Shown here in pieces: positions 18,532 to 26,507 of a stretch of DNA of 57,283 nucleotides. A program made the position numbers and the translations under genes. The notes under the pieces are model-generated. The model saw only the letters and a list, made by a program, of their open reading frames with translations. It searched no databases and was not told where the DNA came from. The stretch's first letter is position 1, and each line of letters opens with the position of its first letter. The DNA lies in contig JAILMD010000035.1 of NCBI GenBank assembly GCA_024692805.1, positions 1 through 57,283 on the forward strand. The letters run 5' to 3'. This DNA is from a bacterium. GTDB lineage: Bacteria > Bacillota > Clostridia > Christensenellales > UBA1242.

Positions 18532-19821
18532 ATGAAGAGTAATAAGTTTTTTTGGGGAATTCAAGAGTTTTTCTCAAAAGTTTTTCGCAAAATAGGAGGT
18601 TTAACCGCAAAGCAACTTGTTTATGGGCTTGCTTGGGGTTTTTTGTTGGTTAATTTTATTGTAACCGGCGCATCAATTGCCAAGTTTTATAATAGTGGCG
18701 TTATTGTTATTCCTGCTAATGCAGCTGATCCTATTATTGAATTAGTTTTTCCTGAAAGTTATGTTGATGCTAACTCAAATGGTCAATATGATTCAGGTGA
18801 AACTTATGAAGATTTAAACAGTAATGGTTTTTATGATGATAACATAAACGCCATTTATTTAACTGATGGTTGGCAACCAGGAACAACAAGAGATTATTAT
18901 TTTGAAGTTAGAAACTATAATTCTTTAAAAACTAATGAAGTTAGCATTGAATATGTTTTAGCAGTAAAATACGCTAATCTTTTGCCTTTAACTTATGAGT
19001 TAACCATTTCAAAAGATGGTGAAGCTGCAGAGGATATTATTTTAGCTCAAACTATTGATCAAGACACTTCATTTTATTTTGAAAGTGCGCCAACTGAAAT
19101 GTTTGGGTATGAAGGAAGATCTGTCAATAGATATTGTTTAACGATAACTTGGCCAAGCAATGAAGATGATGCTAGTTATTTAAGAATGCCAGGTGAATAT
19201 GTTAGCATAAGTCTTGATTGGCAACAACAATATGATGAAAGGCTTTATGAAAAAACGCTTATTAATGGTTTAACATTTAACGCTTATATTGCTTATGCAA
19301 AAACTATAACATTTGACTATACTAGCAACTATACTGACGAGTTTATTAATGATCTTGAATATGTTGCTGATGGAACAGAAACCAGCACCGAAGCAATAGC
19401 TATTTATAGAGATAACGTTAGTGATGGAAACTATTACATTTTATCTGACGATCAAATTTATGCAAATATTAACTGTGGAAGAATGTTTGAAGGTTGTTCA
19501 AGTTTAACTAGCGTAACCTTTAACAACTTTAATACTATTAAGACAACAACAATGCAACAAATGTTTAATGGTTGTTCAAGTTTAACAAGCCTAAATCTTA
19601 GCGGATTTAATACTTCTAATGTTTATAATATGGTGGAAATGTTTAGTTATTGTTCAAACCTTGCTCATATTTATGTTGGAAGCAGTTGGAGCGTTACGGG
19701 TGTTAAAACTTCATCAGATATGTTTGAAAACTGCTCAAGCTTGCCAAACTATAGTTCTAGCACTATTGATAAAACAAATGCCCATACTGGAAGTGGCGGT
19801 TATTTATCGGTTGCTAGTTAA
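18532..19821 (+). CDS. secreted or anchored protein: TasA/camelysin-like N-terminal region (tentative) plus BspA-type 26-residue leucine-rich repeats
   Basis: N-terminal hydrophobic segment ending TGASIAKFYNS. C-terminus carries four MF.GCSSLTS..F.NFNT.. repeats. Confidence 0.8.
   Translation: MKSNKFFWGIQEFFSKVFRKIGGLTAKQLVYGLAWGFLLVNFIVTGASIAKFYNSGVIVIPANAADPIIELVFPESYVDANSNGQYDSGETYEDLNSNGFYDDNINAIYLTDGWQPGTTRDYYFEVRNYNSLKTNEVSIEYVLAVKYANLLPLTYELTISKDGEAAEDIILAQTIDQDTSFYFESAPTEMFGYEGRSVNRYCLTITWPSNEDDASYLRMPGEYVSISLDWQQQYDERLYEKTLINGLTFNAYIAYAKTITFDYTSNYTDEFINDLEYVADGTETSTEAIAIYRDNVSDGNYYILSDDQIYANINCGRMFEGCSSLTSVTFNNFNTIKTTTMQQMFNGCSSLTSLNLSGFNTSNVYNMVEMFSYCSNLAHIYVGSSWSVTGVKTSSDMFENCSSLPNYSSSTIDKTNAHTGSGGYLSVAS
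19483..19790 (+). repeat. 4 in-frame repeats, period 78-81 nt (26-27 aa LRR-like units)
   Basis: atgttt(ga/aa)..tg(t/c)tcaa units start at 19483, 19561, 19639 and 19720. Confidence 0.85.
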
Positions 19822-19829
19822 AAAACAAC

Positions 19830-19851
19830 AACTCCCATAGGGGAGTTTTTT
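19830..19851 (+). terminator. rho-independent terminator
   Basis: aactccc-atag-gggagtt hairpin plus T run. Confidence 0.85.
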
Positions 19852-19916
19852 GTTGCAAAAAATTTCATATTGTTAAAATAGTTGGAGAATAGTTAATAAT
19901 TATATATAATATTAAT

Positions 19917-20834
19917 ATGGAAAAAATCTATGATTGTGCCATTATTGGTGGCGGACCTGCTGGAATAACTGCAGGCATTTATTTAACAAGAGCAGGGAAA
20001 AGTGTTGTCCTTTTTGAAGGCGAAGTTTTTGTTGGACAAATGGCAACAACTCCTAAGATTGAAAACTATCCATCAGCAGGGGAAATTTCTGGCTTTGATT
20101 TAAGCTTAAAAATGCTTAATGATTTAAAGAGAACAAAGGCAACAATTGTTGAAGAAAAGGTTATAAAATTAAGCCTTGTTGGTGATGAAAAAACAATAAA
20201 AACGCCAAGCGGAGAATATGTTGCTAAAAGCGTTATTCTTGCTATGGGCGTAAGGCCAAGGCAGGTTGATAAAAGGCTTGAAGATAGATTTTTAGGTAGG
20301 GGAATTTCTTATTGTGCAACCTGTGATGGAAACCTCTATAAAGATCAACCAGTTTGCATAATTGGCGGTGGGAACAGCGCATTTAGCGAGGCATTATATC
20401 TTGCTAACCTTGCCAGTCAGGTTTATTTGGTTCATCGTTCTGAAAAGTTTAGGGCTGAAGAATCATTAATAAATGCTGTTAAAGAGAATGTCAAAATTAA
20501 GATGATGCCAAACTATGTTTTAGATGATTTAGTTGGTGAACAAAAAGTTAATAGCGTTAAACTTAAAAGCGTTTTAAATGGCGAAACTATTGAGCTTAAC
20601 GTTGAATGTGTTTTTGTTTCAATAGGAAGGGTTGCTAACAGCGAACTCGTTGTTGGACAAGTTCAAGTTGATGAAAATGGCTTTATTGTTAGCAATGATT
20701 GTTTAACAAGCGAGGCTGGTGTTTTTGTTGCAGGGGATATTAGAACAAAGGCGCTTCGCCAGATAGTTACCGCAACAAGCGATGGGGCGATTTCAGCAAA
20801 CCTTGCAGTTAAGTATTTAAACGGAATAAAGTAA
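19917..20834 (+). CDS. trxB: thioredoxin-disulfide reductase
   Basis: GGGPAG FAD motif, redox-active CATC (ISYCATCDG), GGGNSA NADPH motif. Confidence 0.92.
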   Translation: MEKIYDCAIIGGGPAGITAGIYLTRAGKSVVLFEGEVFVGQMATTPKIENYPSAGEISGFDLSLKMLNDLKRTKATIVEEKVIKLSLVGDEKTIKTPSGEYVAKSVILAMGVRPRQVDKRLEDRFLGRGISYCATCDGNLYKDQPVCIIGGGNSAFSEALYLANLASQVYLVHRSEKFRAEESLINAVKENVKIKMMPNYVLDDLVGEQKVNSVKLKSVLNGETIELNVECVFVSIGRVANSELVVGQVQVDENGFIVSNDCLTSEAGVFVAGDIRTKALRQIVTATSDGAISANLAVKYLNGIK

Positions 20835-21509
20835 ATGAAGATAATTGGAAACAAATGGGATGAAGTTTTAAATGACGAGTTTAACAAACCTTATTTTTTA
20901 GAAACATTAAATAAGGTTAATTCAGAATACTCAAAATATAAGGTTTATCCGCCTCAACACTGCGTTTTTAATGCTTTTTCTTATACTGATTTTGATGATG
21001 TTAAAGTTGTTATTTTAGGGCAAGACCCTTACCATCAACCAGGCCAAGCGCATGGTCTTTGTTTTTCAGTTATGCCAGGGGTAGTTCCTCCGCCATCACT
21101 AAAAAACATTTTTGCTGAAATTGAAAATGACCTTAATATTAAGCCTGCAAATAACGGCTGTCTGGTTAGTTGGGCGCGTCAAGGTGTTTTGCTTTTAAAC
21201 ACAGTTCTAACTGTTAGAGAAGGTCAACCTCAAAGCCATAAAAGCATTGGTTGGATAACCTTTACTGATGCTGTTATCAAGAAATTAAGCGATGAGAAAA
21301 AAGGTTTAATCTTTCTTCTTTGGGGAAGAAATGCAATAGATAAACGAAGTTTAATTGATGAAAGTAAGCATTACATTTTAACTGCTCCGCACCCAAGCCC
21401 ACTTTCAGCATATGCAGGTTTTTTTGGCTGTAAACATTTTTCAAAATGTAATGAAATTTTAGTTAAAAATGGTCAAAAGCCTATTGATTGGAGCATTCCT
21501 AATAGATGA
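20835..21509 (+). CDS. ung: uracil-DNA glycosylase
   Basis: GQDPYH and APHPSPLSA motifs. Starts immediately after the trxB stop. Confidence 0.94.
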   Translation: MKIIGNKWDEVLNDEFNKPYFLETLNKVNSEYSKYKVYPPQHCVFNAFSYTDFDDVKVVILGQDPYHQPGQAHGLCFSVMPGVVPPPSLKNIFAEIENDLNIKPANNGCLVSWARQGVLLLNTVLTVREGQPQSHKSIGWITFTDAVIKKLSDEKKGLIFLLWGRNAIDKRSLIDESKHYILTAPHPSPLSAYAGFFGCKHFSKCNEILVKNGQKPIDWSIPNR

Positions 21510-22861
21510 GAAAAACATTAACAATTTTGATTGCGTTATTAATTTGCGCAAATGCGTTTTGTTTTTTAATGCCTAAAAATGTTGCCTTTGCGGAAGAAGC
21601 AACTTCTCAGGTTATTTTATCAAGAAATTATGATTATTCAAATTATTCTAGTTTTACGCCTTTTAACTTTGAAACAGAAAGCCGAATGAGCGGAAAAAGT
21701 GCTGCCTTTGAATATGGCGAAAAAAACAACTTTACCGGCGAGTTTGATGTTAATGAAAGTGTTAATATTGCTGAAGATAAGGGCGTTGCTTTTTGGATTT
21801 ATTTTTCAACAAAAAAAGTTCACAATTTAACAGTTTCGCTTTCAAATTCAACTTCAAGCATTCAGTTTGTTATTCCAGCAGAAACGCTTAGCGATATTTT
21901 AACAAAACAAGAACATTATCAAGATGAGGCTGGTGATGGATATAGCTGGAATTATTTGGAATTGCCATTTGTTGCTGGCGAAAAGAATAACGTTTCAATT
22001 GATAGCAATATGGTTGTTGAAAAAATAGCGATTAGTTATAATTCTTCTAGCGAAGAAACAGAAGGATTTGCTAAAGTTTATGTTTATGAAATGAGCGTTG
22101 TTAAGGTTAGCAAAAACATTCCTTATGTTAATGAATTGAATAAACAAGGTTATAGAATTTTTAAAGTTGAGTTTTATAATGAAGAAAGCCTTAATAAAAT
22201 ATGTGTTGGCGATAGAATAACAATGAAAAGACGAACTCAACTAATAAAATACGCGTGGGTTGGTGAAGAAAATGTTAACACTTTAAGTTATCCGCTTGAA
22301 ATAAGGCTAACTTATGGCGATGAGAATAAACTTTGGGAGCAAGACCAAGTTTTTGAGTTTGAGTCAACGGGGCAACACCTTTTAAAATTTTCTATTTTAA
22401 ATAGTGATAATTACATTTTGCTTTATGACATATTAACCTTTAACGTAACTGAGTTTATTGGAATAAGTTTTAACCAAAACATTAAATCATATAAAGTTGG
22501 CGATAAAGTTGCTTTTGCTTTAACATTTAATCGCAATTTAGTAACTATTAGCAATTTACATTTTGAAATTCAAGGTGACTGTGCTAAAATAGTAAGCGAA
22601 GATACTGAAAATGGCATAGTTGTTGTTGAAATGTTAAGTGAGGGAAGTTTTAAACTTTCTGCAACAGGCCAGGCTGATAGATTTTTTACAACGGGAATTA
22701 ATGTTTCAACAAATAAAACATTTGAGGTTAAAAATAAGGCTGCTGCTGATAATTCGTCTCTTATAATTATTTCAATAGTTTTTGTTGGGATAATAGGTTT
22801 AGGGGGCGCTATTTGGGGCATAAAAAGCATAATAAAGGCAAATAAATATAAGGTAAGATAA
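21506..22861 (+). CDS. secreted protein with C-terminal TM anchor (451 aa), unknown function
   Basis: Signal peptide ([22 protein letters not shown]|EE), beta-rich body, C-terminal TM plus basic tail (KANKYKVR). ATGA overlap with ung. Confidence 0.8.
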   Translation: MRKTLTILIALLICANAFCFLMPKNVAFAEEATSQVILSRNYDYSNYSSFTPFNFETESRMSGKSAAFEYGEKNNFTGEFDVNESVNIAEDKGVAFWIYFSTKKVHNLTVSLSNSTSSIQFVIPAETLSDILTKQEHYQDEAGDGYSWNYLELPFVAGEKNNVSIDSNMVVEKIAISYNSSSEETEGFAKVYVYEMSVVKVSKNIPYVNELNKQGYRIFKVEFYNEESLNKICVGDRITMKRRTQLIKYAWVGEENVNTLSYPLEIRLTYGDENKLWEQDQVFEFESTGQHLLKFSILNSDNYILLYDILTFNVTEFIGISFNQNIKSYKVGDKVAFALTFNRNLVTISNLHFEIQGDCAKIVSEDTENGIVVVEMLSEGSFKLSATGQADRFFTTGINVSTNKTFEVKNKAAADNSSLIIISIVFVGIIGLGGAIWGIKSIIKANKYKVR

Positions 22862-22862
22862 A

Positions 22863-24107
22863 ATGAACGATTACGATTTAGATGAAGAAGTTGTTGAAAA
22901 AATTCCTTATGACCAAGTTCCTATAACTAGGGGTAATTTTGTTGCCGAAAAATCAAGTTATTATCAAACAAAAGAACAAAAACCAAGGTGGTTTAACGGC
23001 CTTGTTGCTTTGTTACTATTAATAAACTTAACTCTTGGAATTGTTGTTTTTAATTTATTTATTGAATTAAAGAAACCAACAGAAGTTTATAATATGGATA
23101 TTTCAATTGAAAATGCTGCCGCTAGCGACGTTTCTAACGCCGTAACAAAGGCTAAATTTTCCGCTGTTTGCGTTAATGCTGGAAACTCTAGTGTTTCAAC
23201 AGTTAATGAGTTTTATCACCTTTCAAGTCGTGGGTCTGGCGTTATTATTGATATTGATAAAGAAGCGGGGAATGCTTACATTTTAACTTGTTATCACGTT
23301 GTTTCAAGTTCTAGCACTAACTTGCCATATGATAAGATTTATATTTTACCATATGGGTCAAATTACCCAATTGAAGTTGAACTTGTTAACTATATTTATA
23401 AAAATGATATTTGCCTTTTAAAAGTTGAAAACAATAACTATATTAAAGCAAGTTTGGCTAATGCTGCAACCATTGGCGATAGCGCTTCTATTATTGAAGG
23501 GCAAACAGCGGTAACAATTGGTAACGCGTTAAATGCTGGGCTTAGCGCAACAACGGGTGTTGTTAGCGTTCCTAGAATAATAATTAGCGTTAGTAGCAAT
23601 AGCGAGATGAGAGTTATAAAAATAGATACACCAATTAACAGTGGAAATAGTGGTGGCGGATTATTTGATATAAATGGTAATCTTATTGGCATTGTTAATG
23701 CTAAAATGATGAGTTCAGAAGTTGATAATGTTGCCTACGCCATTCCAATTAACTTTGCTTATTCGATTGCTAATTCAATAAAACATTATGGTTCAAGCAT
23801 TTCTCCTAAGATGGCAACAGTTGGTTTAGGCTTGGCTATTAGTGGCAATTCAACAGTTGATGATAATGGTGCGCTTATTCAAAAAATTGCGGTTAGCAGT
23901 GTTTCAGGCTCAGCAATTGCAGCAGGGTTTAAAGTTGGCGACGTTTTAATATCATTTACTTATAATGGTAAAACAGTTAAGGTTAAAAGCCTTTATGATA
24001 TAACAGATTATGCTTATAACTTTTTTATAGGGGATAATGTTAGTTTTGTTATTGATAGGGGCGGAGAACAAAAAACGTTAACTGTTATAATAACAAATGT
24101 TTCTTAA
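22863..24107 (+). CDS. membrane-anchored trypsin-like serine protease with PDZ-like C-terminus (HtrA/DegP family)
   Basis: N-terminal TM. Catalytic His (LTCYHV), Asp (KNDICLL) and Ser (PINSGNSGGGLFD). C-terminal GFKVGDVLISF PDZ-like segment. Confidence 0.85.
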   Translation: MNDYDLDEEVVEKIPYDQVPITRGNFVAEKSSYYQTKEQKPRWFNGLVALLLLINLTLGIVVFNLFIELKKPTEVYNMDISIENAAASDVSNAVTKAKFSAVCVNAGNSSVSTVNEFYHLSSRGSGVIIDIDKEAGNAYILTCYHVVSSSSTNLPYDKIYILPYGSNYPIEVELVNYIYKNDICLLKVENNNYIKASLANAATIGDSASIIEGQTAVTIGNALNAGLSATTGVVSVPRIIISVSSNSEMRVIKIDTPINSGNSGGGLFDINGNLIGIVNAKMMSSEVDNVAYAIPINFAYSIANSIKHYGSSISPKMATVGLGLAISGNSTVDDNGALIQKIAVSSVSGSAIAAGFKVGDVLISFTYNGKTVKVKSLYDITDYAYNFFIGDNVSFVIDRGGEQKTLTVIITNVS

Positions 24108-24122
24108 ATTATAGAAAAATTG

Positions 24123-24151
24123 TTGCACATATTGTCAAAAAAATGTATAAT
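24123..24151 (+). promoter_or_regulatory. sigma-A-type promoter for acpP
   Basis: TTGCAC (24123-24128), 17-nt spacer, TATAAT (24146-24151). Confidence 0.6.
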
Positions 24152-24191
24152 AAATAAGACAGTTGTTTGAACTGATAAATGGAGGGATATT

Positions 24192-24422
24192 ATGACTGAG
24201 AAAAAGGTTAAAGAAATTTTATCTAAACAACTTAACGTTGAAGTTGCTAAAATTGGGCCTGAAACTAACATTGCAACAGATTTAGGGGCTGATAGCCTTG
24301 ATCTTGTTGAAATCTTAATGAGCCTTGAAGATGAATTTTCTATTTCTATTCCAGATGAGGCTATTCCTGGAATTAAAACGGTTAAAGACCTTGTTGATTA
24401 TATTGATAACGCAAAGAAATAA
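24192..24422 (+). CDS. acpP: acyl carrier protein
   Basis: 76 aa with the LGADSLDLVEILM phosphopantetheine-attachment motif. RBS ggaggg. Confidence 0.93.
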   Translation: MTEKKVKEILSKQLNVEVAKIGPETNIATDLGADSLDLVEILMSLEDEFSISIPDEAIPGIKTVKDLVDYIDNAKK

Positions 24423-24428
24423 AATATA

Positions 24429-24452
24429 ACCTTGCTTAAAGCAAGGTTTTTT
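24429..24452 (+). terminator. rho-independent terminator (acpP)
   Basis: aaccttgc-ttaaa-gcaaggtt hairpin plus T run. Confidence 0.85.
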
Positions 24453-24456
24453 AATA

Positions 24457-24489
24457 TAAAAAAACTGGCCGATTAAGCCAGATTTTTTT
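24457..24489. terminator. second hairpin flanked by A and T runs; likely terminator of the minus-strand SRP RNA
   Basis: aaaaaaa-ctggc-cgattaa-gccag-attttttt. On the minus strand it lies a few nt downstream of the RNA's closing helix. Confidence 0.6.
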
Positions 24490-24497
24490 ATAAAAAA

Positions 24498-24770
24498 ATG
24501 CTGTGAAGTTCAATTTCGAACCTGCTTACCATTGCGGTAACAAAACAGCCAACTACTCTAAAGCTACCTTGCATCACATAAACTTTATGTTTAGTGCTGC
24601 TGTCGTCAAACTCTGACACGGTTCACACAAATTTTATTGCACAAGACCTTAGCATCAACATCGCTTATTCTGTTCAGCCAATCATAAACAAGCCCTAGAA
24701 AGATTTTCGGCCCCTGCTAGAGCAGATTTCAGGGAATAGGGCACTGCTAGCTCCCCGCCTATCACAGCAT
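24498..24770 (-). ncRNA. ffs: signal recognition particle RNA, large Bacillus type with Alu domain (scRNA)
   Basis: The minus strand reads ...GGCGGGGAGCUAGCAGUGCCCUAUUCCCUGAAAUCUGCUCUAGCAGGGGCCGAAAAUC... This closely resembles the B. subtilis scRNA Alu domain as I recall it. Later it reads GUGUCAG-AGUUUGACGAC-AGCAGCA, aligned to the helix-8 core GUCAGGUCCGGAAGGAAGCAGC. The ends pair (AUGCUGUGA / UCACAGCAU). About 273 nt, with its own promoter and terminator and no ORF. Confidence 0.85.
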
Positions 24771-24774
24771 CGCT

Positions 24775-24803
24775 ATTTTAACACACTTTTTAATGTTTTG
24801 CAA
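24775..24803 (-). promoter_or_regulatory. promoter of the SRP RNA gene
   Basis: On the minus strand: TTGCAA (24803-24798), 17-nt spacer, TAAAAT (24780-24775). The closing helix starts about 5-8 nt downstream. Confidence 0.65.
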
Positions 24804-24818
24804 GCCCTTTAAAATAAT

Positions 24819-24847
24819 TTGCTAGCGAATTTTAGATGTGTTATAAT
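24819..24847 (+). promoter_or_regulatory. promoter of the HEPN-like/CBS gene
   Basis: TTGCTA (24819-24824), 17-nt spacer, TATAAT (24842-24847). Confidence 0.6.
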
Positions 24848-24863
24848 TTTAATGAGGTATTTT

Positions 24864-25577
24864 ATGGAAAGTAATGGAAGAAGATTTATAGAATGTTATA
24901 ATATTCTTGATAAATCATTAAGAGAGATATATAATTTAAAGCCTAACCAAACATTTAGCGATGTTGTTAGAAAAGTTGCTTCGGTTAACTCAGTTATTAA
25001 AAAATATGAAGATGATTTGATTGACTATGGGAGGTTAAGAAACGCCATTGTTCATAGGTCGCTTAATAACGAAGTTATTGCTGAGCCTCATGATGATATA
25101 GTTTTAAAGTTTGAGCAAATAACAAGGCTTATAACAACTCCGCCTCGCGCAATTGATTGTATTGCTAACAGGAAGGTTTTAGTTGTTAGCAGCCAAGATA
25201 AAGTTGAAAAGATATTAACAGAAATGTTTAAGTCTGGTTATTCAAACGTTCCTGTTTATGACGGCAAAACCTTAATTGGTGTTGTTTCAAGAAAAATGAT
25301 TGTTGATTCAATAGGTAAGGTTATTTATGAAAAGGGTGACATTAATAAATTTTTAAGCTCGCCATGTGGGGAAGCGCTTAACGTTGCTAACATAACTAAT
25401 CATTATGAAGTTGTTCCTTCTAGCATAACTATTGACAACTTGCTTTATATTTTCCAACAAAATAGGAAAGTTTCAACAGTTATCATAACTAAAACAGGAA
25501 GCTTTAACGAGCCTCCTTTAGCCATTGCAGTTACTGCTGATACTATTGATATGCAAACAATACTAGACAACTATTAA
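24864..25577 (+). CDS. CBS-pair protein with N-terminal HEPN-like (Rx4H) helical domain
   Basis: ATG 24864 with RBS tgaggt (the ORF-track TTG at 24819 lies inside the promoter). N-terminal domain ends ...DYGRLRNAIVHRS. Two CBS-like repeats follow. Confidence 0.75.
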   Translation: MESNGRRFIECYNILDKSLREIYNLKPNQTFSDVVRKVASVNSVIKKYEDDLIDYGRLRNAIVHRSLNNEVIAEPHDDIVLKFEQITRLITTPPRAIDCIANRKVLVVSSQDKVEKILTEMFKSGYSNVPVYDGKTLIGVVSRKMIVDSIGKVIYEKGDINKFLSSPCGEALNVANITNHYEVVPSSITIDNLLYIFQQNRKVSTVIITKTGSFNEPPLAIAVTADTIDMQTILDNY

Positions 25578-25642
25578 TATAAAAACTGCAAATTTGATTA
25601 AAAAATAGTGAAAAAGTCGCAAAAAATATAAAATTTACGAAT

Positions 25643-26506
25643 ATGAAATATAATAACGAGTGGAAAGATTTTGAAGTTATCGCAACAGGCGATGGTGAAA
25701 AACTTGAGAGATGGGCTAATGTTTATTTGCTTAGGCCTGATCCTCAAGTTATTTGGCCTGCAAAATCTGACCTTAATAAATTCAAAAATTTAAATGCTCA
25801 TTACCATAGGTCATCTAGTGGTGGTGGTGGGTGGAAAATTTTAAAACCTATGCCAGAAGATTGGGTTATTGGTTGGCGAAACCTTAAGTTTAAAATTAAG
25901 CCAATGGGCTTTAAGCATACCGGATTATTTCCAGAACAAGCGGTTAACTGGGATACTATGATAAACATAATAAAGAAATCTAACCGAAAAATTAGCGTTT
26001 TAAATTTGTTTGGATATACTGGTGGGGCAACTGTTGCATGTGCTAGCGCAGGAGCAAGCGTAACCCACGTTGATAGTGCTAAACAAATGGTTGAAAGATG
26101 TAAAGAAAACCTTGCGCTTTCAAACCTTGGTGATGCTAGCGTTAGATTTATCGTTGATGATTGTAGAAAGTTTGTTGAGCGTGAGATTAGACGCGGACAT
26201 ACTTATGATGCTATTATTATGGATCCGCCATCATTTGGTCGTGGCGCTAATGGAGAGGTTTGGAAACTTGAAGAAAACCTTTTTGAGTTTGTTAAACTTT
26301 GTTCAAAGGTTTTAAGCGATAATCCTTTATTTGTTTTAATAAATAGTTATACGACGGGCCTTGGTGCGCAAGTTATGGAAAACGTTTTAAAACTTGCTAT
26401 TGATAGGCCAGCTACTTATGATAGTTATGAAGTTTGCTTGCCAGCGCGTGATGGGGTTTATTTGCCATGCGGTAACAGCGCATTTATGTTTTTAGGTGAG
26501 AAGTAA
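25643..26506 (+). CDS. class I SAM-dependent methyltransferase, RlmI/RlmK-like rRNA methyltransferase family
   Basis: LNLFGYTGGATVA SAM-binding motif, IIMDPPSFGRG catalytic motif, N-terminal PUA/EEHEE-like region. Confidence 0.8.
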   Translation: MKYNNEWKDFEVIATGDGEKLERWANVYLLRPDPQVIWPAKSDLNKFKNLNAHYHRSSSGGGGWKILKPMPEDWVIGWRNLKFKIKPMGFKHTGLFPEQAVNWDTMINIIKKSNRKISVLNLFGYTGGATVACASAGASVTHVDSAKQMVERCKENLALSNLGDASVRFIVDDCRKFVEREIRRGHTYDAIIMDPPSFGRGANGEVWKLEENLFEFVKLCSKVLSDNPLFVLINSYTTGLGAQVMENVLKLAIDRPATYDSYEVCLPARDGVYLPCGNSAFMFLGEK

Positions 26507-26507
26507 T

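Noticed and set aside
18547-18557. T7G4 homopolymer run just after the start codon of the LRR surface-protein gene, as a possible phase-variation switch.
   Set aside because: The tracts are too short (7 and 4 nt) to infer slipped-strand switching, and runs of this length are common in AT-rich genomes.
24498-24770. Considered tmRNA, RNase P RNA or 6S RNA for the structured RNA in the acpP-CBS gap.
   Set aside because: tmRNA is excluded: there is no GGGG 5' end with a G3:U70 acceptor, no GGATTCGAC-type motif and no tag ORF ending in ..AA. RNase P is excluded: no GAGGAAAGTCC (CR-I) or ACAGAA...GGCTTA (CR-V). It is too long for 6S. The sequence instead aligns block by block with the Bacillus-type SRP RNA.
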